Of a stretch of 32,000 nucleotides of DNA, positions 6,817 to 15,434 are shown one piece after another. The position numbers and the translations under genes are program-made. Source of the stretch: Ignicoccus pacificus DSM 13166 (GTDB lineage Archaea > Thermoproteota > Thermoprotei_A > Sulfolobales > Ignicoccaceae); NCBI GenBank assembly GCA_025340205.1, contig CP006868.1, forward strand, positions 1,470,001 to 1,502,000, in the 5' to 3' direction. Under the pieces are notes generated by a model that saw nothing but the letters and a program-made list of their open reading frames with translations, made no database searches and was not told the origin of the DNA. How positions within the stretch are numbered: the stretch's first letter is position 1; each line of letters starts with the position of its first letter.

Positions 6817-8355
6817 TTAGACCACCACTCCGAAGCTGTACAGAAGCAAGTAAACGCCGGCTATTATCATGAGTATAGCGCTTATCAGTTCTATTTCCTT
6901 ACTCTTGTTAGTTAGTACCATAGCTAGGTTCTTAGCTTTCGGTGCTAGGTAGCTCACCACGGCTAAGGGTATGCCTATTCCTAAGGCGAAGCCTACTAGG
7001 GTGCTCAGTCCTCCGGCGGTCGCTATCAGTAACAGAGCTCCTATGACCAGAGGCAAGTTGCATTGAACCGAGAGGAATCCGTAAAGCGCGCAGAACAAGG
7101 AGGTGCTCCTCTTGTTTAGCTTTGCAGTGCTCACCTCCATGGGTACGTTGAGCACGGAAGCTAATCCAGCAGCTAGAACTGCCGCTCCTACTACCGGCAA
7201 TATCATCTTTTGGACGCTTAGGACCACATCAGAGAATATCAAGAAGAGCGCCCCTAGCGCCGCCACTCCTAAGGCCGCCAGCACGGCACAACTTATCGAG
7301 GAGCCTAGGCTGCTTTCGTTCCTTCTAATACTACTGGTAATGTGAGTAATGAAGAGAGGTAGCACACAAGGGGATACGGCCGCTGCCAGGCCAGCCGCCA
7401 GACCAACCAAGAAGGCCACTACTCCAGCGTAGTTCACCGTCCCCTCTGTCTCTACCTTTGAGGCCGCTCCGTTCTCAACGTTGACCTTTGGTGGGGCAGC
7501 GAACTGCTTGGCGTACTTCTCTCCTTGGTTGAGAAGTATTGCGCTGACGTAGTCTAAGAACCTCGCAGATGCCTTAATCTGCTCTTGGTTTAATGAGGTA
7601 TACTTCTTCATTGTAGCTACCTTCTGTTCCAGCTTGTTAAAACCTCCTAAGTATTGGCTTAGGAGCTCTCCGTTAGCTACGGCTTTCTCAATTAGGGGAG
7701 CTATGTTCTGTGCTTGGGAGCTGCTTAACCACTGCTGTATTGCCTCCTTGGTCAGAGCCATGGGAGCTCCGTGACACTTAGCACAAGAGCTCGTGTAGAC
7801 GCTATACCAGTAGTCCGGACCTTGCGAGCTCAAGCCCAAAGAGGCATAAACCCAGTTCCTCATCTCAGAGGTTATGTTAGACCCCACGAACCCTCCTACG
7901 TGTCTGGCGACCTCCTTTCCATTCTTAAATACTATGAAAGTGGGCACGTCCTCTACTCCGTACCTCTGAAACACGTCGGCCGTGGATGGGGAGTATGTTA
8001 TGTCGTAGAACTTTACCTTACCCGGCATTCCCTCTAGAACCACCCAATACGGATACATCCTCTTACAGACGGGGCATGTGCTTGACTTGAACATCACTGC
8101 CACGTATTTATTCTCCTTTAGTATCTTGTCAAAGGAAGCCACGTTAGTTATGCTGAATCCCTTTGAAAGAACGTATGTCTTCGCGACGTTCTCTTCGTAA
8201 TTTATGAAGAATGAGGCTATGAAGAGGCCCGCTATTACCACTATTAGCATGTAAATTCCGATCTTGCTTGACTCCTTTCTCTTAAAATCAAGTCGAGAAC
8301 CCTTGCCTTTCCTCGAGGTCCTGAAGCTCACGTTCAGAAACCCGGGCCCTACCAA
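6817..8355 (-). CDS. Membrane protein fusing thioredoxin domain, CXXCH cytochrome-c-like module and CcdA/DsbD-type transmembrane thiol-transfer domain
   Basis: Lys/Arg-rich N-terminus and a TM anchor (aa 36-50). Trx fold with CPVC (aa 94-97, nt 8065..8076) and cis-Pro DVPTF. CAKCH at aa 191-195 (nt 7771..7785). The C-terminal polytopic domain carries VSPCVLP (Cys330) and QCNLP (Cys432), as in CcdA/DsbD-beta. The track start is TTG 8355; GTG 8331 or ATG 8250 are alternatives. Confidence 0.75.
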   Translation of the reverse strand: MVGPGFLNVSFRTSRKGKGSRLDFKRKESSKIGIYMLIVVIAGLFIASFFINYEENVAKTYVLSKGFSITNVASFDKILKENKYVAVMFKSSTCPVCKRMYPYWVVLEGMPGKVKFYDITYSPSTADVFQRYGVEDVPTFIVFKNGKEVARHVGGFVGSNITSEMRNWVYASLGLSSQGPDYWYSVYTSSCAKCHGAPMALTKEAIQQWLSSSQAQNIAPLIEKAVANGELLSQYLGGFNKLEQKVATMKKYTSLNQEQIKASARFLDYVSAILLNQGEKYAKQFAAPPKVNVENGAASKVETEGTVNYAGVVAFLVGLAAGLAAAVSPCVLPLFITHITSSIRRNESSLGSSISCAVLAALGVAALGALFLIFSDVVLSVQKMILPVVGAAVLAAGLASVLNVPMEVSTAKLNKRSTSLFCALYGFLSVQCNLPLVIGALLLIATAGGLSTLVGFALGIGIPLAVVSYLAPKAKNLAMVLTNKSKEIELISAILMIIAGVYLLLYSFGVVV

Positions 8356-8407
8356 TGGCGGTTCAAATAAATATTGAACCTTCGAGCCCCTAGCTAGGGA
8401 AGGTCCC

Positions 8408-8686
8408 TCACCTACGTCCCACTAAGTAGAGAGCGAGCAAAGCGGCGACGTAGTACAGCGCTCCTATCAACGTTCCAACGAGGGCAGCCGCTATCAAGGA
8501 CGCTATCAGATTGTAACCCGAGGCTATGTAAGCCAAGCTTAGCACTATTATGGACTCTGAAAATCCAAAAGCTCCCATGAGCTTAGGAAAGTCGCTCCAA
8601 CCGATGCACTCCTTCTCACTCGCAAAGGTCACCGTCGGCAAAAGCAATAGCATAGTAATGAGGAGGAACGCCTTGACCTTCCTCAT
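8408..8686 (-). CDS. Small membrane/secreted protein, unknown function
   Basis: 92 aa with a signal-peptide-like N-terminus (MRKVKAFLLITMLLLLPTVTFA) followed by two hydrophobic helices. No motif recognised. It lies directly upstream of the Trx-cytc-CcdA gene on the same strand. Confidence 0.5.
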   Translation of the reverse strand: MRKVKAFLLITMLLLLPTVTFASEKECIGWSDFPKLMGAFGFSESIIVLSLAYIASGYNLIASLIAAALVGTLIGALYYVAALLALYLVGRR

Positions 8687-8743
8687 CGACTCACCTCTCC
8701 TAAAAGAGGATATGTGGGTATTAAAGGGCTGTATGGGACAACA

Positions 8744-8753
8744 CTTTTAAACC
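8744..8753 (+). promoter_or_regulatory. TATA-box-like element (CTTTTAAACC) upstream of tRNA-His
   Basis: Same decamer as upstream of the tRNA-CAT gene. It lies about 40-47 nt before G-1 of tRNA-His, implying a short processed leader. Confidence 0.4.
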
Positions 8754-8791
8754 TAATGTGAGCGTCCATGATGGGGCGCCGCCCGAAAGCC

Positions 8792-8891
8792 GGCCGCCGT
8801 AGCTCAGCTGGTTAGAGCGCGGGACTGTGGAGGCCCGGCTGAGGCCGCGGAGATCCCGAGGTCCCGGGTTCAAATCCCGGCGGCGGCCCCA
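8792..8891 (+). tRNA. tRNA-His: tRNA-His (GTG) with encoded G-1, 22-nt intron at 37/38, encoded CCA
   Basis: Hand fold: G-1 (8792) opposite discriminator C (8888), acceptor GCCGCCG/CGGCGGC, anticodon stem CGGGA/TCCCG, anticodon GTG at 8827..8829. The intron at 8831..8852 forms a textbook helix-bulge-helix-bulge-helix: CTGT/GCGG central helix, 3-nt bulges GGA and AGA, GGCC/GGCC outer helix. T arm is CCGGG-TTCAAAT-CCCGG. Confidence 0.92.
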
Positions 8892-8897
8892 CCACGC

Positions 8898-9953
8898 TTA
8901 CCCTACCTCAAGCGGGAACCTCAACATCGCGACCACGTCTCCTAACGCTTTGAGCCTCTCCCCAGCCTCGGTGTCCCTCGGAACGATTATCGCCTTACCT
9001 CCCATCTTCTCGACCGTCTCAACCAGCTCGACCGCCTTCCTCCTAACTTCCTCCTCTGGGTGATGGAGCAAGTAATCTGAAATGAGTAACGTATCGACTG
9101 CGTTAGCCTTCGCGGCGAACAGGCAGTCGTCCAGTCCATAGACCGCCAAGTTATCGTCCTTAGCTATATGCTTTATTACTTCTTCCAACACCTCGAGCGC
9201 CTTCAAGCTTTCGAGCTCCTTAGCTAAGGATGCTAAGGAACCCCTCCTCAAGGCCTCTAGCACTCCAGCCCTATCGCCGCTCGAGGCGCTGTCTACCTTA
9301 ACCTCGAGACCTCTTTTCCTCAGTTCCTCAGCCACCTTTTCCTTGAAGAACCCTGGACCTACCACGACTATCTGCTTCACATCCCTCTTCTTCAGCTCAC
9401 TCTCAACGTTCTTTACCAACTCGGTTACCCTCTGAGACGCTATTCTCTCCCTGTTTTCGTCCGCCTTACCGGGTATCCTCATACTTCCCTCGAAGACCCA
9501 CTCTATCCCTTGTCCCCTGACTATGGCTAAGCTATAATCATCGTAATCTACCGCTAACACCGCTATCTTAGGCTTCTTCTTGCTTAAACTCTCTATCTTC
9601 TTTACCAAGTCTTCTACTCCATTTTCTCTAATAAGTACAAGCTCTCTACCGGGGTAGACCTTTATCGCATGGTGAGACCCCTTCAAACCGAACCTTTCAG
9701 GTCCTTCAACTACTATTCCCTTCACCCTTATTACGTTGGTGAAGGGTTGGAACTCCGCTCCAGTTACCTTTATCGTCAAGATCATGGGAACCTTTTCCTT
9801 AGAGGAGCCAGCCGATATGCTTCTAACGGTCTTAGCTCTTAGCATATCCCCTTCTCTCAATATTGTGTAGAAGTCCCATAGGTCCTCCTCGTCCTCTATT
9901 CTCAGCCGCACCTCACCCTTACTCTCGTTTACCTCTAAGACCCTCATCTTCAT
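8898..9953 (-). CDS. pelA: Pelota (Dom34) ribosome-rescue / no-go decay factor
   Basis: The N-terminus MKMRVLEVNESKGEVRLRIEDEEDLWDFYTILREGDML and the eRF1-like central and C-terminal domains are typical of archaeal pelota. I trimmed the track ORF (to 10055) to ATG 9953 or 9947. The 34-aa extension is not pelota-like and would overlap the divergent prs start. Confidence 0.85.
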   Translation of the reverse strand: MKMRVLEVNESKGEVRLRIEDEEDLWDFYTILREGDMLRAKTVRSISAGSSKEKVPMILTIKVTGAEFQPFTNVIRVKGIVVEGPERFGLKGSHHAIKVYPGRELVLIRENGVEDLVKKIESLSKKKPKIAVLAVDYDDYSLAIVRGQGIEWVFEGSMRIPGKADENRERIASQRVTELVKNVESELKKRDVKQIVVVGPGFFKEKVAEELRKRGLEVKVDSASSGDRAGVLEALRRGSLASLAKELESLKALEVLEEVIKHIAKDDNLAVYGLDDCLFAAKANAVDTLLISDYLLHHPEEEVRRKAVELVETVEKMGGKAIIVPRDTEAGERLKALGDVVAMLRFPLEVG

Positions 9954-10024
9954 TCTCCGGGGCGTAAGAGGAGCGCGCGTCATACTAAATACAATGCACG
10001 AGAAGCAAGTAGCGGGAAGAGTGC

Positions 10025-10921
10025 ATGGCGATAGGTCTCTGCCTAACATCCCCACCGGGAATGTGCGACGAGCTGACCGAAAGCTTGGGGCTGAAGAAGA
10101 TTAACGTGGAGAAGAAGAAGTTCCCCGACGGAGAGGTGTACGTTAGGATACCGGTTCCCGTGGCGGGAGAGGACGTGGTAATAGTTCACACGGGCTTTCC
10201 CGAGCAGAACGACAGGTTGATCGAAGTAATGTTAACAGTCGATGCGCTGAAGGACTTGGGTGCTGAGAACGTTACCTTGGTGATGCCATACATGCCTTAT
10301 GCCAGGCAAGACAGAAGGTTTAGGGAGGGCGAGCCCATATCTATAAAGACTGTATTGAAGACGTTATCCGCACTTGAGCTGGACAACCTAGTCGTGGTTA
10401 ACATACACAAAGAGTATTCCCTTCAGTACTTCGAGGGGACTTCGAAGAACGTGAACGCTTTGCCGTTCATAGCATCTAAAATAGAGAAGGGCAACGACTT
10501 GCTCGTCCTAGCTCCGGACAAGGGGGCTGTTCCTTATGCAAGAGAGGTCGCGATAGCCCTAGATGCCCCCTGGGATTACCTCGAGAAGTTCAGGGACAGG
10601 GTAACCGGAGAGGTCACAATAAAGCCGAAGGAGTTGGACGTGAAAGACAAGAGGGTCGTGGTAGTAGATGACATGGTATCCACTGGAGGAACTTTAGCCT
10701 TAGCCACGAGGGAGTTGATCAAGAGAGGGGCGAAGGAAGTAATAGCGGTAGTTGCCCACGCCCTTATGATAGGGGAGGCTGAGGAGAAGCTGAAGTCCAG
10801 CGGCCTGAAGAAGGTCTTGACTGGAAACACCTTAGCGAAAGAGTACAGCACGGACATAGTTGAGGTACACGATTTGTCTCCCTTGCTTTCGGAGGTATTA
10901 AAGGAGTTAGGGGTGGTTTAA
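10025..10921 (+). CDS. prs: Ribose-phosphate pyrophosphokinase (PRPP synthetase)
   Basis: FPDGEVYVRI near the N-terminus, MPYMPYARQDRRF, and the PRPP-binding loop VVVVDDMVSTGGTL. Confidence 0.9.
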   Translation: MAIGLCLTSPPGMCDELTESLGLKKINVEKKKFPDGEVYVRIPVPVAGEDVVIVHTGFPEQNDRLIEVMLTVDALKDLGAENVTLVMPYMPYARQDRRFREGEPISIKTVLKTLSALELDNLVVVNIHKEYSLQYFEGTSKNVNALPFIASKIEKGNDLLVLAPDKGAVPYAREVAIALDAPWDYLEKFRDRVTGEVTIKPKELDVKDKRVVVVDDMVSTGGTLALATRELIKRGAKEVIAVVAHALMIGEAEEKLKSSGLKKVLTGNTLAKEYSTDIVEVHDLSPLLSEVLKELGVV

Positions 10922-11428
10922 CCACCTCCCGATGGCTGAGGCTACCTCGTGAGCCATCCTTACCTCCTCGGGTAAAGGCTCTACCAAGGTCCTCTCCTCG
11001 ACGATTTTTCTAGCTTGGAAGAGATCCAAACCGTAAGAGGCTATACATATCCTCCCTTCTCTTCTTGGAAAGCATCTAACCCTCTCCAAGTACTTCTCGC
11101 TTATCCTAACGAACTCATCGTTTCCGTAGAGCTCCCTGGAGGCCTTGTAGGCTTTCCTTATATTGGGGACGTACTTACTCACAACTATTACTGGAGGCCC
11201 GAAGCCCTCCGGATCAACGTATCCTAGACCGCAGATAGTTATACTATCAATGATTATCAGGGATACATCTTCTAAGAGATTGGAAAGGGGTTCGGTTAAG
11301 TTTCCGGGGTCCTTCTTGAATATGCTTAATGATATAGAATCTATCTTGGGAGGCCATCCTTCCGTGATCAAGGTAACGACGGGGCACACCCTCTCGCTGA
11401 ACTTGCCGTCGTCAAAGGTACCCAACAA
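10907..11428 (-). CDS. UPF0215 / DUF99 family protein
   Basis: 173 aa with N-terminal GTFDDGKF and C-terminal PLPEEVRMAHEVASAIG. These match my recollection of the archaeal DUF99 family (G.DDG.F ... PEPLR.AH.IA). It overlaps the cdc6 stop by 17 nt. Confidence 0.6.
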   Translation of the reverse strand: MLGTFDDGKFSERVCPVVTLITEGWPPKIDSISLSIFKKDPGNLTEPLSNLLEDVSLIIIDSITICGLGYVDPEGFGPPVIVVSKYVPNIRKAYKASRELYGNDEFVRISEKYLERVRCFPRREGRICIASYGLDLFQARKIVEERTLVEPLPEEVRMAHEVASAIGRWLNHP

Positions 11429-12581
11429 ACTCAGCTACCCTAGGATCCTTCGAGAGTCCTCTCAATATGGCGTTCCTATCACTTTCCACCGAAATCATCT
11501 TGGTCATTCCTCTCCTCCCCCTACTGACCACCTCTGAGCGTATGAGGCCTAACATGTCCAAGTCGCTTATCAAGTCACTTACCCTTCTTAGAGTCAGCGT
11601 TTCTATGCCTAGAAGCTCGGTATATTCCTTATACAGTTTGTATACCTCGCCGGTATAGGTGGCCCTATCCTCCTTGGTCAGTTTGAGTATTGACAGTAAT
11701 ATCAGCTTGTTGTGGAGGGGGAGGGACTGGACAACCTCCGTTACCCTGTCCTTCTCGATGTGTTCCCACGCCATCCTCACGTGTTCAATAGTGACCTTAG
11801 TTGCTCCTTCCCTCTCCGCCAGTTCTCCCGCGACCCTCAGAAGGTCTAGCGCCTTCCTAGCGTCTCCCCTCTCCCTGGCAGCCATGGCAGCACAGAGCTG
11901 GATTACACCTTCCTCGAGTACCCCCTCGTAGAAGGCTTCTACGGCCCTCTCCTTCAGTATGTCCTCGAGCTGGCTGGCCGTGTAAGGAGGGAAGACGAGC
12001 TCCTCTTCGCTGAGAGAGCTCTTCACCCTCGGATCGAGCCAACTAGTGAAGTTTATGTCGTTGGTTATTCCTATTAAAGACATCTTCGAGTACTTGAGTT
12101 CCTCGTTTATTCTGGTGAGTTTGTAGAGCAAGTCGTCCCCGTGTCTCTTGACGTGATAGTCTATCTCGTCCAACACGGCGATAAATATTATTTCTCTTTT
12201 GTCCAAGAATTTCTTAAACCTTGAGTACAGGTGGGACGTCGCTACCCCACTAGGAGGGACCCTTAGGCCTATGTCTTCGCTGAGCTTGGCGAGTATCCTA
12301 TAAGCTGTATCGTCCCTTTTGGTATTAACGAAGCTTATCTTGAGCCTTATCCCCTTACTTCTTGCCTTCTCCTCTAACTTCCTCGTAACCAGCTTCACTA
12401 CAGCTGTCTTACCGGTTCCGGTTAATCCGTAAATGAATAAGTTGTTGGGTCTGTAGCCCTTAAGCGCTTGCGCTAACACGCTCGCCACCTTCCTTATCTG
12501 CTGCTCTCTGTGCGGTAGCCTCCCCGGCAAGTAGTCCGGCATCAATACGTCCCTATTCTTGAATATCTTCGACTTAGCCAC
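11412..12581 (-). CDS. cdc6: Orc1/Cdc6 replication initiator
   Basis: IFKNRDVLMPDYLPGRLPHREQQ, Walker A GLTGTGKT, Walker B VLDEID, and a C-terminal winged-helix region. The track start is GTG 12581..12579. See findings for an in-frame conserved-looking upstream extension. Confidence 0.92.
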   Translation of the reverse strand: MAKSKIFKNRDVLMPDYLPGRLPHREQQIRKVASVLAQALKGYRPNNLFIYGLTGTGKTAVVKLVTRKLEEKARSKGIRLKISFVNTKRDDTAYRILAKLSEDIGLRVPPSGVATSHLYSRFKKFLDKREIIFIAVLDEIDYHVKRHGDDLLYKLTRINEELKYSKMSLIGITNDINFTSWLDPRVKSSLSEEELVFPPYTASQLEDILKERAVEAFYEGVLEEGVIQLCAAMAARERGDARKALDLLRVAGELAEREGATKVTIEHVRMAWEHIEKDRVTEVVQSLPLHNKLILLSILKLTKEDRATYTGEVYKLYKEYTELLGIETLTLRRVSDLISDLDMLGLIRSEVVSRGRRGMTKMISVESDRNAILRGLSKDPRVAEFVGYL

Positions 12582-12720
12582 CCTCTCGAAGACGTCCTCC
12601 AGTAGTTCGTCTAGGTCGGCGGACAGCGCTCGTCACCTCTCTGTTAAACTATAGCTCCCCTCGTTTAAACTGGGGGGAAGGAGCGAGATACCGGATCATG
12701 ACCGGATTGGTGGTCAGTGC

Positions 12721-12729
12721 TTTAATATT
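12721..12729 (+). promoter_or_regulatory. TATA-box-like element (TTTAATATT) for rpoA1
   Basis: About 33-41 nt upstream of the rpoA1 ATG (12762), the usual archaeal spacing for a short-leader transcript. Confidence 0.45.
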
Positions 12730-12761
12730 CCCCTACCGCCCGTCCCCTATCGGGTTCCTTA

Positions 12762-15434
12762 ATGCAGCGATTTCGACTCAAGTCTCAACGCATTGATAAG
12801 ATAATTAAGGAAATACAGTTCGGCATACTTTCGCCTGAAGAGATAAGGAAGATGGCCGTAGTGGCGATCGTCAGCGACAGAGCCTACGACGAAGCGGGAT
12901 TGCCGATAGAAGGAGGAATAATGGATCCCCGTCTCGGAGCGATAGGTCCCGGTCAGAAGTGTCCCACTTGTGGAAATACCATGCACAATTGCCCCGGTCA
13001 CTTCGGTTACATCGAGCTCGCCAAGCCCGTAATCCACTACGTGTTCGTGCCCTACATCCACGACGCTCTAAGGGCCACTTGTAGGGTTTGTGGAAAGGTA
13101 AAGCTCCCCGAAGATGAAATAGAGAGTTATTTGGACTTATATGAGAAATTGGAGAAGAAGTGGCCGTTGCACGCTAAGAGGGTAATAGCTTACGTCAAGA
13201 AGAAGGCAGCCAAGGTTCAACAGTGCCCCCACTGTGGAGCCAAGCAGTACAAGATCAGATTGGAGAAGCCCTACAAGTTCTTGGAAGAGAGGCAGACCAT
13301 GGTGGTGCAACTAACCCCAGCTGACGTTAGACAGAGGTTGGAGATGATTCCAGATAAGCACGCGAGGGTCCTTGGATTCGACGTCAAGAACGCTAGGCCG
13401 GAATGGATGGTCCTAACGGTCCTCCCGGTGCCTCCGATCTCCGTGAGACCCTCCATTATACTCGAGAGCGGTACTAGGTCTGAGGACGACCTAACCCACA
13501 AGATAGCAGACATAGTTAGGATAAACAACAAGCTGAGGGAGAACATAGAGAGCGGTGCATCCGAGGCGATGATAGAGAGCTTGTGGGACTTACTTCAGTA
13601 CCACGTGGCCACCTTCTTCGATAACGAGATACCCGGAATACCTCCGGCCAAGCACAGATCCGGGAAGCCTCTTAGGACCTTGGCACAGAGGCTCAAGGGT
13701 AAGGAGGGTAGGTTCAGAGCGAACCTATCCGGTAAGAGAGTGGACTTCTCCGCGAGAACTGTAATCTCCCCAGATCCCAACATATCCATCAACGAGGTAG
13801 GAGTGCCCGTCGAGGTAGCCAAGATCCTAACGGTCCCGGTAAGGGTGACCCCTTGGAACATCGAGGAGATGAGACAGCTCGTAATCAACGGCCCCGATAA
13901 GTGGCCTGGAGCGAACTACATCATAACTCCTCAAGGAATGAGGATTGACCTTAAGTTCGGAAAGGATAGGAAGAAGATAGCGGAGAGCATCCAGCCCGGC
14001 TACATCATCGAGAGGCACTTACAAGACGGAGACATAGTCCTCTTCAACAGACAGCCCTCGCTTCACAGAATGAGCATCATGGCCCACAAGGTGAAGGTTC
14101 TACCTGGAAGGACCTTCAGGCTCAACCCCTTGGTATGTCCTCCCTACAACGCAGACTTCGATGGAGACGAGATGAACTTGCACGTCCCTCAGAGTGAGGA
14201 GGCTAGAGCGGAAGCGAAGGAGCTAATGCTCGTGGAGAAGCACATCTTAAGCCCGAGATACGGAGGACCCATAATCGGAGGTCTGCAAGACTACATCTCT
14301 GGCGCTTACCTAATGACCACCATAGCTACCCTCCTCACCGACAAGGACGTGGCCGAGCTGGTAGGAGTTACCGGTTACGACGGAGAGCTCCCCGAGCCCG
14401 CCTTCCTAAGTCCTAAGAAGAGGTGGACTGGAAAGCAGCTCTTCTCCATATTCTTACCCAAGGACTTCAACTACTCTGGAAAGGCGAACATAGCTACGGG
14501 AGAGCTGAAGTGTGACGACGAGTACTGCTTCCACGACTCCTTCGTGGTAGTGAGGAACGGAGAGCTGGTACAAGGAGTTCTGGACAAGAAGTCCATAGGT
14601 CACGAGCAGCCCAAGAGCCTCATGCACTGGATAGTCTACGAGTACGGACCTAGCAAGGGAAGGGAGATCTATGACACTGCCTTCAAGATGTTCCTAAGGT
14701 ACATCGAGAAGAGAGGATTCACCACCAGGTACGACGACGTGAGGCTTCCGGAGGAGGCCAAGAAGGAGATACAGCAAGTCATCGAAGAGGCCTACAAGGA
14801 AGTAGAGAAGCTAATCGAGGACTACAAGAACGGCTTGCTGGAGCCCTTGCCCGGAAGGACCTTAGAGGAGACCTTAGAGCTCATGATAATGGACGTTCTA
14901 GCCAAGGCGAGAGACAAAGCCGGAGAGATAGCAGCCAAGCACCTAAGCCCGTTGAACAACGCGGTCATAATGGCAAGGGCCGGAGCGAGGGGTAACATAC
15001 TCAACTTGACTCAGATGGCTGCCTTGCTAGGCCAGCAATCGGTCAGAGGAGAGAGAATCAAGAGAGGATATCGTAAGAGAACGTTACCCCACTTCAAGTG
15101 GGGTGACATAAGCCCTGACGCGAGAGGATTCGTGAAGCACTCCTTCTACGAAGGATTGAGTCCCACTGAGGTGTTCTTCCACGCGGCCGGTGGTAGAGAG
15201 GGTCTGGTGGATACAGCGGTAAGGACCAGCCAGTCCGGATACATGCAGAGGAGGCTCATCAACGCCCTCCAAGACTTGAGGGTGGACTACGACGGAACGG
15301 TGAGGGGAATGAAGGGAGCGCTACACCAGAACGTATATGGAGACGACGGAGTAGACCCGATGAGGAGCGTGCACGGTAAGTCCGTGGACGTGGATCACGT
15401 AATTGAGAAGATAACCAGGGTGAGGCTAGAATGA
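12762..15434 (+). CDS. rpoA1: DNA-directed RNA polymerase subunit A'
   Basis: 890 aa with the N-terminal zinc site [20 protein letters not shown] and the catalytic [10 protein letters not shown] motif. Confidence 0.97.
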   Translation: MQRFRLKSQRIDKIIKEIQFGILSPEEIRKMAVVAIVSDRAYDEAGLPIEGGIMDPRLGAIGPGQKCPTCGNTMHNCPGHFGYIELAKPVIHYVFVPYIHDALRATCRVCGKVKLPEDEIESYLDLYEKLEKKWPLHAKRVIAYVKKKAAKVQQCPHCGAKQYKIRLEKPYKFLEERQTMVVQLTPADVRQRLEMIPDKHARVLGFDVKNARPEWMVLTVLPVPPISVRPSIILESGTRSEDDLTHKIADIVRINNKLRENIESGASEAMIESLWDLLQYHVATFFDNEIPGIPPAKHRSGKPLRTLAQRLKGKEGRFRANLSGKRVDFSARTVISPDPNISINEVGVPVEVAKILTVPVRVTPWNIEEMRQLVINGPDKWPGANYIITPQGMRIDLKFGKDRKKIAESIQPGYIIERHLQDGDIVLFNRQPSLHRMSIMAHKVKVLPGRTFRLNPLVCPPYNADFDGDEMNLHVPQSEEARAEAKELMLVEKHILSPRYGGPIIGGLQDYISGAYLMTTIATLLTDKDVAELVGVTGYDGELPEPAFLSPKKRWTGKQLFSIFLPKDFNYSGKANIATGELKCDDEYCFHDSFVVVRNGELVQGVLDKKSIGHEQPKSLMHWIVYEYGPSKGREIYDTAFKMFLRYIEKRGFTTRYDDVRLPEEAKKEIQQVIEEAYKEVEKLIEDYKNGLLEPLPGRTLEETLELMIMDVLAKARDKAGEIAAKHLSPLNNAVIMARAGARGNILNLTQMAALLGQQSVRGERIKRGYRKRTLPHFKWGDISPDARGFVKHSFYEGLSPTEVFFHAAGGREGLVDTAVRTSQSGYMQRRLINALQDLRVDYDGTVRGMKGALHQNVYGDDGVDPMRSVHGKSVDVDHVIEKITRVRLE

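Noticed and set aside
8771-8791. The tRNA-His leader TGGGGCGCCGCC resembles the tRNA acceptor end, a possible integration att remnant
   Set aside because: The similarity is about 10 nt and imperfect, lies upstream rather than as a 3'-half duplication, and no integrase or foreign-looking genes flank the tRNA.
8827-9063. 78-aa plus-strand ORF starting inside tRNA-His and running antisense into pelota
   Set aside because: It begins within the tRNA intron and 3' half and is Arg/Pro/Ser-rich. I treat it as an artefact.
9954-10055. N-terminal 34-aa extension of the pelota ORF
   Set aside because: The extension (MGMLGRDLSPCTLPATCFSC...) is not pelota-like and would overlap the divergent prs start at 10025. 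The pelota consensus begins at MKMRVLEV.
12591-12612. ORB-like CTCCAGTAG upstream of cdc6
   Set aside because: Only the CTCCAG half matches the ORB consensus as I recall it, with no GGAAAC or G-string partner. The site also lies in what may be coding sequence of the cdc6 N-terminal extension.
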